A stretch of 64,000 bases of DNA, from contig JAMPEU010000004.1 in the NCBI GenBank assembly GCA_023664865.1, positions 51,627 to 115,626 of the forward strand. The letters run 5' to 3'. Under the pieces are notes generated by a model, which did no database searches, had not been told where the DNA came from, and saw nothing but the letters and a program-made list of their open reading frames with translations. Shown piece after piece: positions 1 through 9,413 of this stretch (positions are counted from its first letter, which is position 1; the number at the start of each line of letters is the position of its first letter). Both the position numbers and the translations under genes were made by a program. Origin of the DNA: Butyrivibrio sp. (GTDB lineage: Bacteria > Bacillota > Clostridia > Lachnospirales > Lachnospiraceae).

Positions 1-1284
1 GTCATTATCCTTAAGTTTGCGTATAATAGGAATCAAATTGCCTACAGGAACTCCTATAATATCACTTATTTCAAATATATCGTTTCTGCCGTCCGCATAT
101 GCAATAAAATCACGCAAGGAAAAAATATTATCATACATATCTTTTTTACTTATGGTAGGATATAACCCTCTCTTTCCAAGCTGCGGCTCGCCTAACACTG
201 TCACCTGATATCTGCGGTTGTACTCCATTGCCTGAATCCACTGAACCATCACCTCATAAGAACCCTGAAGCCCTGACGGCGATATGATATCAAGGTTATC
301 AAGCGAGGTATGATACTCAGGATACTCGCCATACTTTGACCTGCAGAAACCGACAACTGGAAGGTCAATCCCGGGAGCATTGTACTGGCGTTCATCCGAA
401 CCCCTCTCTAAAAAGGAATATTCTGAATATTTTCCCCTTGATGATAATATGCTTTTCAACGACTTATCTGTAATGGTATTTCCGTATCTTGATCTGATAA
501 TGGAGTAATCCCTGTCGTCACCCACACATGACAACACTATCCCCGCCACGAGTTTCTCCTGCAGCGATTTATAGTTTATACTCAAATAAGTAAGCGAGCC
601 TATCGTTTCAGGATTCAGCAGAAACCGGTATGTATACCGCCTGTTTCTAAGCGAAGCCACATATCTTATAAGCGCCGCCAAAACTACCGGACCGGAACAC
701 TCGTTATTTGCCATTGAGGGATGGCATGTATAACTGGAAATCAAAATTTCTTCATCGGTTTCCCCTTTAAGAACCGCCTCTGCATAAGTAAGGCTGCCAT
801 CAAACAATTCACTGTCCACATACATATGATACTTTCCTTCAGGTAAGGCATCAAGCTGATTTTTACTCATACAGAAACCATAGCGTTCTTTATAATAAGA
901 CGTAACATATGGAATTGCTTCCGGGCTGTCGTCTTCCACAAATACATGTTCTTTAAGTTCGTCAAGCGTCACCCACATATCCACCGGTATAGAATAGCCC
1001 ATAACATAAAGGTTGTTATCCTTCATATCAATAATGCGTTCTCCGCTCTCGTTCTCAATATATGCTTCCCTTATTTTCCACTCTTTTGGAACATTCCAGT
1101 CAAAAACCTGCGTTCCGCTCGGCACTTCGTGAATCTCTAACTTCAAGTCTTTATCCGAATCATTCTCGCTTAAAAAACCATTAATTATATCTAAAGTCTG
1201 CCGCACGCCGTCTCCGGTTATGCTTCTGCATATGGGAAATAATTTTTCTGCAAGCTTATACATTTCTGCACCTAAATAATCCAT
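1..1284 (-). CDS. DUF4910 family aminopeptidase-like protein (3' end runs off the window)
   Basis: Not in the ORF track because the stop lies outside the window. The minus frame reads MDYLGAEMYKLAEKLFPICRSITGDGVRQTL... and later includes SSYICHPSMANNECSG, typical of DUF4910. Alternative in-frame ATG at 1302. Confidence 0.8.
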   Translation of the reverse strand, partial: MDYLGAEMYKLAEKLFPICRSITGDGVRQTLDIINGFLSENDSDKDLKLEIHEVPSGTQVFDWNVPKEWKIREAYIENESGERIIDMKDNNLYVMGYSIPVDMWVTLDELKEHVFVEDDSPEAIPYVTSYYKERYGFCMSKNQLDALPEGKYHMYVDSELFDGSLTYAEAVLKGETDEEILISSYTCHPSMANNECSGPVVLAALIRYVASLRNRRYTYRFLLNPETIGSLTYLSINYKSLQEKLVAGIVLSCVGDDRDYSIIRSRYGNTITDKSLKSILSSRGKYSEYSFLERGSDERQYNAPGIDLPVVGFCRSKYGEYPEYHTSLDNLDIISPSGLQGSYEVMVQWIQAMEYNRRYQVTVLGEPQLGKRGLYPTISKKDMYDNIFSLRDFIAYADGRNDIFEISDIIGVPVGNLIPIIRKLKDND

Positions 1285-1313
1285 ATCTTTCAATATCTCC
1301 ATTTCTTAGCAAC

Positions 1314-1357
1314 AACTCCCGGCATCGGAACAAATTCCGAGGTCGAGAGTTCTTTTT
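1314..1357 (-). terminator. Stem-loop downstream of the 1389..2033 gene
   Basis: Imperfect inverted repeat AACTC-CCGGC-ATCGGAA/TTCCGA-GGTCG-AGAGTT with a T-run on the + side. Confidence 0.5.
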
Positions 1358-1388
1358 AAGTATTATCAGAATCCGCAATACGTCCTAA

Positions 1389-2033
1389 CTAGTTATTTGT
1401 AGTATCTGTGGCTGTTGTAAGACCTGCCTCTTCAGCAAGCTTATCGAACTTCTCCATCACAGCGTCATAGGTCTGCTTGGATATCTCAGGAAGTTCTCCG
1501 CCCCAAGTCTTTTCAGCCTGCTTGTAGCCTTTCTTGAAAGCCTCGCGCATCTCCTCAATCTTATCAGGATCTCCGCCCGTCAATGCCGTAGCGAAGTCAA
1601 TGATGCGGTCTGAGGTCTGCTTTACGCCCCAATAACCATCTTCTGCAACATCCTTCTGTGCCTGTGCCTGGGTTGCTGCATCTACTTTAAGATTGCCGCC
1701 TGCAAGAATACTCCAAATGCCGTTAGCGCTGTTATATGTCTGACCCTGCTTAGTCATTAACTGCTCTACGATACTCTGCAGCTGATTCTGTCTGCTTTCC
1801 TGATCTGCTTTCAATTTAGCAAGCAGCTCCGTATTCTGCGTATAGGTCTTTTTAGCAGTATCTACTGTCGCTGTTTTACTCGGCTCATAAACAACGCCGC
1901 TCTTTTCTTCTGATGCCTGTACAGAAGATGTTTCTGACTTTGTCTGCTCCTCTGATGTTTTAGCAGCAGACGTCTGGCTTGTCTGATAAGTTTCGTAAGC
2001 GCTTGCTGCGCCTGTAACTCCGTTTACACTCAT
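1389..2033 (-). CDS. Hypothetical protein with low-complexity S/T/Q N-terminus and conserved helical C-domain (GYWGVKQTSDRIIDFA); probably flagellar regulon
   Basis: 214-aa ORF with RBS AAGGAGG and an upstream sigma28-like -10. Confidence 0.75.
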   Translation of the reverse strand: MSVNGVTGAASAYETYQTSQTSAAKTSEEQTKSETSSVQASEEKSGVVYEPSKTATVDTAKKTYTQNTELLAKLKADQESRQNQLQSIVEQLMTKQGQTYNSANGIWSILAGGNLKVDAATQAQAQKDVAEDGYWGVKQTSDRIIDFATALTGGDPDKIEEMREAFKKGYKQAEKTWGGELPEISKQTYDAVMEKFDKLAEEAGLTTATDTTNN

Positions 2034-2070
2034 GCTAATCCCTCCTTGGAAAATTTCTTTTCTAATCCTT

Positions 2071-2098
2071 ATATCGGAACATTACTGTATAAACATTA
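2071..2098 (-). promoter_or_regulatory. Putative sigma28 (FliA/SigD) promoter
   Basis: Minus strand TAAT-N16-TCCGATAT versus consensus TAAA-N15-GCCGATAT; the -35 match is weak. Confidence 0.45.
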
Positions 2099-2124
2099 TA
2101 GCCATATGGAAATTTTTTTCAAAA

Positions 2125-2250
2125 TATGATATAATGAGCGCACAGTAAAAGCAAGCGGCTGCAAAGCAGACATTTGCTTTTACTGCGCCATTAACGAGCA
2201 AACGTCCGATGTAATCGGACATAAAGCGCTGAAAGCGCGGATTTGCGAGT
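2125..2250 (+). repeat. Structured repeat family A, copy 1 (multi-hairpin, GNA-type triloops, begins with TGnTATAAT)
   Basis: Aligns along its length with the reverse complement of 47575..47700, with compensatory stem changes. Confidence 0.85.
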
Positions 2251-2271
2251 CTAAGAGAAGGAGCATACCAC

Positions 2272-3756
2272 ATGAAAATCACAGACAAACAGGCATATTT
2301 ATCACAAATTCGCAAGACAATAAACAATGGTCCCTATCATGACGACTGGGAGTCACTTACCGATTTCGTCATGCCATCGTGGTTTGAAAAGGCGAAGTTC
2401 GGCATATTTATTCATTGGGGACTGTACAGTGTTCCCGCATTTAATAATGAATGGTATTCCCGCAATATGTATATTCAGGGTACGCCGGAATTTGAGCATC
2501 ATGTAAAAACATATGGGGCGCATAAGGATTTCGGCTACAAGGATTTTATTCCCATGTTTACCGCCGAAAAATTTGATGCGGATTTCTGGGCGGAAACTTT
2601 CGCCAATGCGGGAGCAAAATATGTGGTTCCGGTAGCCGAACACCACGACGGCTTCCAGATGTATCAGAGTGACTTATCTGTCTATAACGCCGCCAATATG
2701 GGACCGAAACGGGACGTTATCGGCGAGCTTAAAACAGCTTTTGAAAAAAGAAACCTTGTCTTCTGTACATCTACACATAGAGCAGAACATCTCTGGTTTA
2801 TGGGTAATGGCAAAGATTTTGAAAGCGATATCAAAGAACCTCTTAAATGCGGTGATTTCTACTGGCCTTCCCTTCAAGAGCAGCCCGACCAGCAGGACCT
2901 TTTTGCAAAGCCTTATCCGACTAAGGAATTTCTCGAAGACTGGATATGCCGCACCTGCGAAATCATAGACCGCTATCAGCCTAAGATTCTCTACTTTGAC
3001 TGGTGGATTCAGCATGAAGGATACAAGCCCGCACTCCGCCAGATTGCCGCTTATTACTATAACAGGGGGCTTGAATGGGGTTACAATACCGCTATCTGCT
3101 ACAAGCATGACGCAATGGCATTCGGCAGCGGAATTGTGGATGTTGAGCGCGGTAAGTTTGCAGACACCAAGCCTTATCATTGGCAGACGGACACAGCCAT
3201 AGCGCGTAATTCATGGTGTTACACAACATCTCTTGATTATAAGAGCAGTTATGAGTTAATCTGCTATCTGGTGGATGTAGTCAGCAAGAACGGCAATCTG
3301 CTGCTCAATGTAGGTCCTAAGGCGGACGGTACATTTGCCGAAGAAGATGCCGCCATTCTTCGCGATATCGGCAGCTGGCTTTCAGTAAACGGCGAGTGCA
3401 TCTATAACTCTAAACCATGGCGTTATGCTTCCGAAGGTCCTACTATTGAAACAGAAGGACAATTCAGCGACGCAGCGGCTAACTCATATACAAGCAGGGA
3501 CTTCCGCTTTACGGCTGGCAATGGCTGTATTTACGCAATATGCCTGAAATATCCGCAAGACGGCAGGATAACTATCCATTCCCTCTCCAAAACACTTGAT
3601 GCGAATAAGCCGAATTTCCACGGCATAATCCGCAAAGTATGCGTTCTGGGATTTGATGAACAGATTGATTTTAATTGCGACGAAGATGGGCTGCATTTTG
3701 TTACTAAAACCGTAAAAAGCGATTTCCCTGTTGCGATTAAGGTTACTGTGGAATAA
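2272..3756 (+). CDS. Alpha-L-fucosidase (GH29), no signal peptide
   Basis: WFEKAKFGIFIHWGLYSVP, AEHHDGF, LYFDWW and VSKNGNLLLNVGP motifs. Confidence 0.93.
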   Translation: MKITDKQAYLSQIRKTINNGPYHDDWESLTDFVMPSWFEKAKFGIFIHWGLYSVPAFNNEWYSRNMYIQGTPEFEHHVKTYGAHKDFGYKDFIPMFTAEKFDADFWAETFANAGAKYVVPVAEHHDGFQMYQSDLSVYNAANMGPKRDVIGELKTAFEKRNLVFCTSTHRAEHLWFMGNGKDFESDIKEPLKCGDFYWPSLQEQPDQQDLFAKPYPTKEFLEDWICRTCEIIDRYQPKILYFDWWIQHEGYKPALRQIAAYYYNRGLEWGYNTAICYKHDAMAFGSGIVDVERGKFADTKPYHWQTDTAIARNSWCYTTSLDYKSSYELICYLVDVVSKNGNLLLNVGPKADGTFAEEDAAILRDIGSWLSVNGECIYNSKPWRYASEGPTIETEGQFSDAAANSYTSRDFRFTAGNGCIYAICLKYPQDGRITIHSLSKTLDANKPNFHGIIRKVCVLGFDEQIDFNCDEDGLHFVTKTVKSDFPVAIKVTVE

Positions 3757-3801
3757 TCATAAAGAGAGACAAATCTACAGGTTAAGGAAAGAGTCCTTCG
3801 G

Positions 3802-3848
3802 AATATAGAAGGCAGATGGCTGATTAGCCACCTGCCCCTTATATTTTA
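3802..3848. terminator. Bidirectional intrinsic terminator between the convergent GH29 and GH5 genes
   Basis: AATATAGAAGGCAGATGGC...GCCACCTGCCCCTTATATTTT hairpin. Confidence 0.65.
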
Positions 3849-3866
3849 TTGTAATATTTGTGTGTT

Positions 3867-5735
3867 TTAATTGCCGCTAACATAGTTAAACGTTACAGAT
3901 AATGTCTCAATATTTCCAAGCGTATCCGCATCCAGAATACATGGAGAAGGTTCTAATCCGTTATCCTCAAGAATACGTATGTCGTCCGGAACCTGAGTTA
4001 CCCATGCGTTATACAGATTAACACGGGTAGCTATTCCATCATCGCTGCATGTATAAGGCTGTGCTATCGGTTCGTACGGTTCTCCGTTTACCAATATCTC
4101 CTGAATATCTATGTAATATCCGGGGAAAAGCGTCTCGCCGTTTGCAATCGCAATCGCGCTGAACACAACGCTGTTCGCGTACCCGCCATTTACTCCCGTA
4201 AAATCAAGCGCAACAGTATAAGTGCCTTCTCCCGTTATCTCCAAATCAGTAGCAACAAGGCCTTCCGTCGCGGATTCGGGGCTATACACGTCACCTACGC
4301 TGTACTGGACATTCCAATCACTGCTGTTGAACATAATCCATGCTAACGCCGTATTTTCATCTACTCCCGCGCCTTCAGCGGCATTATCATAATCGTTTTC
4401 TATTTCTTTGCGCGCCTGCGCTATAATGTCGTCTTTTGACATTTCGGACTGGATTTCCAGACTATGCTTTGTATACAGCCTCGCCATGCCCATATCGATA
4501 ATCGTCCCGTCGTTACGGTTGTACAGGTTATTGCAATCCCACAATACAGGGCAGTATCCATATACGTCGCAGTTATTTAAAAGGTTCTGTGTATAATCCT
4601 GAGCGTTTTCCTTAAGCGCATTGTTTTCCAACAAAACGCCATACTCGCCAATCACTACTCCGTAACCCTGCTCAGTGAATTTCGTCATTTTTTCAAGAGT
4701 CTCATTCATAGTCTGGTACTCCTGCTTATTTCCCCATGTAGCGATACTGGTATTGATACAGTAGCCGCTGGGATCATAATAATGCACGGAAACAAGCAGT
4801 TTGTCCTTCGCAGAATCCGTCGGCATTTTATATTTATCATTACATGTATTCGCAATATCCGTGCCAAATCCCGCAATCAGAAGAAATCTCTGCTCATTGT
4901 TGCCGCCCGATGCGCGGATTGTATCCACAAACGCCTGATTAATCTCATTAGTCACGGTATAGCACTCATCATCTGAAAGAGTTCCCGAATCTTTAGCGAT
5001 ATCAGTATCGTTCAATCTAAATCCAAGTTCCTCATTTGCCGACTCAAAAATCACATAATCCGAGTAATCCCTGAAGCGTTCTGCAATCTGAGTCCACATA
5101 GATTTATACAGTTCCATTGCCTGTTTTCTGGTCTCCTCGGTCGCAGAACCAAACATTCCCCACCATGAGCCGTCCCAATGGTCGTTAATAATCACGTACA
5201 TACCCGCATTACGGGCATATCCCACTATTTCTTCCACACGGTCAAGATATGCGCTGTTTATAGTATAATCTCCGCTCTCAAAAGCCATCATATTAGTCCA
5301 TGCCACAGGCAGACGCAGCGTGTCAAAGCCCGCTGCTTTCATACCGTCTAACATCTCCTGCGTCGTCACAGGCTGCCCCCAGTAAGTTTCATACTGCGTC
5401 GGCTCTGCGTCAGTGCCTAAATCGTTTCTTCCGTATGCTTCCATCGTATTTCCAAGATTGATGCCGTTACCCATAAGCTCGGTAACTTCTATCGCCGTCA
5501 GGCTCTCCCTGATTGTTCCGTCGTCGGCGTTATTCCTTGCCGCGCTTGTATCCGTTTCAGCACCATTCGTTTCAGTGTTTTCACCTTCCCCAACTTCATT
5601 GACTATCACAGAAGTCGGTCCGTCTTCCCCCGGCACACTTGTTGAACATGCCGTAAGTGATAACGTCATTGCTGCTGTAAGCACAGTAATAAGTGCCGCT
5701 TTCATGCCTCTTTTTAAGCAAGCTGCTTTTTTCAT
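3867..5735 (-). CDS. GH5 endoglucanase/xyloglucanase lipoprotein (GH5_4-like) with a C-terminal putative carbohydrate-binding module
   Basis: Lipobox LTAC; GINLGNTME, LRLPVAW, FESANEE (acid/base), VHYY and IGEYG (nucleophile) motifs; extra ~165-aa C-domain. Confidence 0.88.
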   Translation of the reverse strand: MKKAACLKRGMKAALITVLTAAMTLSLTACSTSVPGEDGPTSVIVNEVGEGENTETNGAETDTSAARNNADDGTIRESLTAIEVTELMGNGINLGNTMEAYGRNDLGTDAEPTQYETYWGQPVTTQEMLDGMKAAGFDTLRLPVAWTNMMAFESGDYTINSAYLDRVEEIVGYARNAGMYVIINDHWDGSWWGMFGSATEETRKQAMELYKSMWTQIAERFRDYSDYVIFESANEELGFRLNDTDIAKDSGTLSDDECYTVTNEINQAFVDTIRASGGNNEQRFLLIAGFGTDIANTCNDKYKMPTDSAKDKLLVSVHYYDPSGYCINTSIATWGNKQEYQTMNETLEKMTKFTEQGYGVVIGEYGVLLENNALKENAQDYTQNLLNNCDVYGYCPVLWDCNNLYNRNDGTIIDMGMARLYTKHSLEIQSEMSKDDIIAQARKEIENDYDNAAEGAGVDENTALAWIMFNSSDWNVQYSVGDVYSPESATEGLVATDLEITGEGTYTVALDFTGVNGGYANSVVFSAIAIANGETLFPGYYIDIQEILVNGEPYEPIAQPYTCSDDGIATRVNLYNAWVTQVPDDIRILEDNGLEPSPCILDADTLGNIETLSVTFNYVSGN

Positions 5736-5806
5736 ATTTAACTACCATCTCCTCTCACAACTTAATTGTCATCAAACAATTACAAAACTCCATTTTTCAA
5801 TAACCA

Positions 5807-5892
5807 GAGTTCAGTCAAAATGAACAAAATAAGGAGCGACTTACCGCTTTTCAGGCATTGGAGCTCCATTTTTGTTCATTTCGACTGAACTC
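5807..5892 (-). repeat. Structured repeat family C, copy 1 (23-bp arms around a conserved core)
   Basis: Arms GAGTTCAGTCAAAATGAACAAAA / TTTTGTTCATTTCGACTGAACTC; core nearly identical to that in 45885..45971. Confidence 0.85.
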
Positions 5893-5915
5893 GTCCCCCA
5901 AAGAATAGTTCTGCA

Positions 5916-6569
5916 TTATCTATTCTCTTCTTCCCGTTCTGTCTCCGCCGCATTGACTACCGCCCCCGGTTCCTTCTCAATCTGCCTGAAAAAGCGGATT
6001 GCAAAGGCGCTGACAGTATACATTACTAATGCCGGACCAAAAAGCACTCCGAGAATCATCATTGTAGTATTCCACCAGAACGCCGCTATCTCAATTGCCA
6101 CTATGAAAACGGCAAGTAACGTCTGTAAAAAAAAGCGTGTTGCTATATCATAAGAATTTTTCAATGTCTTAATAAGGCTGTTCTCATACCTTGCCATTAG
6201 CGGGAACGCATATAAAAGCCCCATGACAAATATGAAGATGGCAACGATTCCCATTATAAGGAAAAGCGCGCTCTGCGCCGCCCCCCAGAACTGGAAATCC
6301 AGATATACAGCATATGCTGCCAACAGTGTCAATATCCCCAGCAGGCTTCCGCCCTTTAAATTTTCTTTAAATGCTTTAAAAAAAGAACGGATGATATAGC
6401 CTTCCGTATCCTCCGCCATTTTAAGAGATACCGAACATACGGCAACAGTAGCCGCCCCCATAGTCACGATAGGGATACTGCAGATAATCCAGCATAGATT
6501 CAACTGGAATATGTCCCACAAACGCACTATGAATCTATAAAACGGACTGTCTACACTGAAAAACTTCAT
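5916..6569 (-). CDS. YesL/DUF624 family membrane protein
   Basis: LNLCWIICSIPIVTMGAATVA and FFKAFKENLK motifs; located in a sugar ABC operon. Confidence 0.88.
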   Translation of the reverse strand: MKFFSVDSPFYRFIVRLWDIFQLNLCWIICSIPIVTMGAATVAVCSVSLKMAEDTEGYIIRSFFKAFKENLKGGSLLGILTLLAAYAVYLDFQFWGAAQSALFLIMGIVAIFIFVMGLLYAFPLMARYENSLIKTLKNSYDIATRFFLQTLLAVFIVAIEIAAFWWNTTMMILGVLFGPALVMYTVSAFAIRFFRQIEKEPGAVVNAAETEREEENR

Positions 6570-6623
6570 ATCACAGACATGCTCCTTTCATAAGAAACGT
6601 GCGCCGTCATGCGCACCTTTTAT

Positions 6624-6656
6624 AAAAGGACTGTCCGTTTCCGAACAGTCCCTTTG
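6624..6656 (-). terminator. Stem-loop after the solute-binding protein gene
   Basis: AAAGGACTGT...ACAGTCCCTTT inverted repeat with a U-tract on the minus strand. Confidence 0.6.
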
Positions 6657-6663
6657 TTAAAAA

Positions 6664-8409
6664 CTATTTCATAGCCTCTATAGCTTCCGTTAGAAGCTTC
6701 GCTTCATTGACTGACCACTCGATACATTCATCATAATAATACTCGTTTGCTTTGGTTTTCATTTCTTCTACAATCTGCTCAAATTCTTCATCAGAACCTG
6801 CATACATTGCATTCCATGAATAAGTAACGATACACTCTTTGGTCTGATCCCATTTGGTCTGGAATTCATCGCCCTTCGGACTTGCCGTATACTCAGATGC
6901 AGGTTTTACCTGATATTTTCCGCTTTCCATATATTCTTCGGTATTATGGCAGCCTGTATATTCTCTCCAGTCATTTTCGATATCATACTTTGATGCCGTA
7001 AGCTCGCTCTCCCAGAAATCACATCTGTATTTCTCACCATTGGAATCGGGATTAAGAGCATCCAATGTCCATGTAGTATTATTAATCTGCAGCTGTCCGT
7101 CATGGAATGTGCCGCTGTAGCCAGCTTCTTCCATCGAAGTCTCGATATCCTGATGGCAGCTCTTGCCTAAAGGAGTGAAGTATGTCTTACCATTCTCATC
7201 ATAATCCCAGCATACGCCCTGCGGACCATATTCCATGGTAATTCTTCCTTCGGGAGTACACAGGTAGTTGATAACTTCCATGCAAAGTTCCGGATACTCA
7301 GTCTTAGCGCCGATTGCCCAGATACGGTTGCCGCCTAAGGTACTCATACCATAAGCAATAGGTGCAGCCTCTGAAGGCGTCAGTGACAGCATCATCTTGC
7401 CGTCAGCCATATGTTCTTCCGTATTATATAATGAACGTCCTGCATAATCAAAGATAGAGAAGAACGTACCGCCTGCTGCAACTTTTTCCTGAACATAATC
7501 ATAAGTACATGTCATGGAGTCAGGGTCTAACAAATCATTACGGTATAACTGGTTGAAGAAATGCAGCGCTTCAATATAAGGGCTGTTATCATCAAGACAG
7601 CCTATAAAGCTGCTGGTTGCCGGATCATAGAACCCCATTTCAAACTCATCATAGCCATAGTACGCGGTAACTGTAGCCTTCGGATACATAGCCATTGTTC
7701 CATCCCAGTCAGGCCATGCAACAAGCGCATATGTAGGCTTTCCGTTTTCGTCTGTAGGACAGATTTCTTTCATCTGCTTAAGTAACTCAAGTAAATCATC
7801 ATAATCCTTTACTTCCGGATATCCCAGCTCTTTATATAAATCCCAGCGGATATCCCATGTATAGAAGAACGCCTCATGATCCTGCATACTGGTTGCCACG
7901 TTATGCCCGAAACCATAGGTAGTGCCACCGGAAATGTTTGCATTATGAGCCATTGCATTCTGCATATTCTCATAAATATAAGGGCCATATTCCTGAACCA
8001 GGTTTTCATCGTTCCAGTCAAGCAGCAGTCCTGCATCAACTGCATTAAGATACGGATCGCCATCTGTTCCGAATACTACGATATCGCCTAAGTCTCCGCC
8101 TTCCATACGTGTCTGATACGTACCGTTTACATCGGGTACAATATTCAGGATAACATTGAACTTATCTAACAGGATGTCTGCCGACCATCCCGACTGAACG
8201 CCTGAATAGTTTGCTAACTGGCTGAACACTGTGAGGGTAATAGGCTCGCCGTCTCCTCCTGCCGATGCAGTTCCGCCAGACGTATTACCTTCTGAGGTAT
8301 TAGCATCTGAACTGCCTGTGTTGCCGTTTGAATTGCCGCAGCCTGCAAGCAGTCCTACTGTCATTACCGTACACATAAGCAATGCAGCAATTTTTTTCAT
8401 CTTCTTCAT
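6664..8409 (-). CDS. Oligosaccharide ABC transporter solute-binding lipoprotein
   Basis: Lipobox LAGC, S/G/T linker, LplA-like SBP sequence, adjacent to two permeases. Confidence 0.9.
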   Translation of the reverse strand: MKKMKKIAALLMCTVMTVGLLAGCGNSNGNTGSSDANTSEGNTSGGTASAGGDGEPITLTVFSQLANYSGVQSGWSADILLDKFNVILNIVPDVNGTYQTRMEGGDLGDIVVFGTDGDPYLNAVDAGLLLDWNDENLVQEYGPYIYENMQNAMAHNANISGGTTYGFGHNVATSMQDHEAFFYTWDIRWDLYKELGYPEVKDYDDLLELLKQMKEICPTDENGKPTYALVAWPDWDGTMAMYPKATVTAYYGYDEFEMGFYDPATSSFIGCLDDNSPYIEALHFFNQLYRNDLLDPDSMTCTYDYVQEKVAAGGTFFSIFDYAGRSLYNTEEHMADGKMMLSLTPSEAAPIAYGMSTLGGNRIWAIGAKTEYPELCMEVINYLCTPEGRITMEYGPQGVCWDYDENGKTYFTPLGKSCHQDIETSMEEAGYSGTFHDGQLQINNTTWTLDALNPDSNGEKYRCDFWESELTASKYDIENDWREYTGCHNTEEYMESGKYQVKPASEYTASPKGDEFQTKWDQTKECIVTYSWNAMYAGSDEEFEQIVEEMKTKANEYYYDECIEWSVNEAKLLTEAIEAMK

Positions 8410-8435
8410 TTCTTTCTCTCCTTTTCTTTTTATAA

Positions 8436-9404
8436 TTATCCCTTGACTGCCCCTAACATAATACCTTTTTCAAAGTATCTCTGCATGAAAGGATAAACCA
8501 ACAGGATAGGTATAACCGTCACCATGGAAATGGTGTATTTTAAAACTTTAGTACTCATAGCCGACTGTGCTACAGCCGTCGCACCCGAACCGCTTGTACT
8601 CATAATCTGCGCCAGATTGGAGCTTGTATTCAAATATATATACAATCTGTGCTGTAATGTGTAAAGCGACGGAGCATTCTGCATCAATATCAGTGAATCC
8701 GTAAAAGAGTTCCAGTGGCCTACTGCGCCGAAGATAGCTATTGTCGCCAATATCGGCTTACTTAACGGCCATATAATCCTTCTGAATACCGTCATAAACC
8801 CGGCGCCGTCTATAAGCGCGCTTTCTTCGAGTTCAGAAGGAATGGACTCAATATATGTCTTTACCAGAATAATATTGTAAGGCGCCACAATTCCCGGAAT
8901 AATGTATGCCATGAAATTGTTTGTAAGCCCTAACATTGACATATTCAAATACCACGGAATCGTTCCCGCGTTAAAATACATGGTAATTACCAGAAAACGA
9001 TACCAGAATTTTCTATGCCACATTTCCTTCTTGGTAACTAAATAACCTACAAGTGCGGTTGCCGCTACCATCAAGGCGGTTCCGATTATGGTTCTTGCAA
9101 TCGAAACAATAAACGCATTACCCAAATCCGACACATTCATCATCGCTATGTAGTTGTGGATATTGATTCCCTTCGGAATCAATGACACCTGTCCCTTCCT
9201 AACCAGATCATTATCGGAAATCGTATTGATAAACAAATAGTAAAAAGGGAAGATACAGCTTATAGTAAATATGGTATAAAAAGCATAATTCAAAATATTA
9301 AACGTAATGCTCCCCGGTGTACGCTGCCACTTGGGTTTATGCTTTTTTTCATATTCTCTTTCTGCTTTTTGGTCCAGTTTTTCCTGTTTTGTTTTCGCCA
9401 TCAT
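8436..9404 (-). CDS. Carbohydrate ABC transporter permease (MalG/LplC type)
   Basis: EAA loop ELEESALIDGA; C-terminal YFEKGIMLGAVKG. Confidence 0.92.
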   Translation of the reverse strand: MMAKTKQEKLDQKAEREYEKKHKPKWQRTPGSITFNILNYAFYTIFTISCIFPFYYLFINTISDNDLVRKGQVSLIPKGINIHNYIAMMNVSDLGNAFIVSIARTIIGTALMVAATALVGYLVTKKEMWHRKFWYRFLVITMYFNAGTIPWYLNMSMLGLTNNFMAYIIPGIVAPYNIILVKTYIESIPSELEESALIDGAGFMTVFRRIIWPLSKPILATIAIFGAVGHWNSFTDSLILMQNAPSLYTLQHRLYIYLNTSSNLAQIMSTSGSGATAVAQSAMSTKVLKYTISMVTVIPILLVYPFMQRYFEKGIMLGAVKG

Positions 9405-9413
9405 TCCACCCCC

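Noticed and set aside
2082-2327. 81-aa minus-strand ORF spanning the family A element
   Set aside because: It overlaps the GH29 start and the repeat, and copy 2 has no equivalent ORF.
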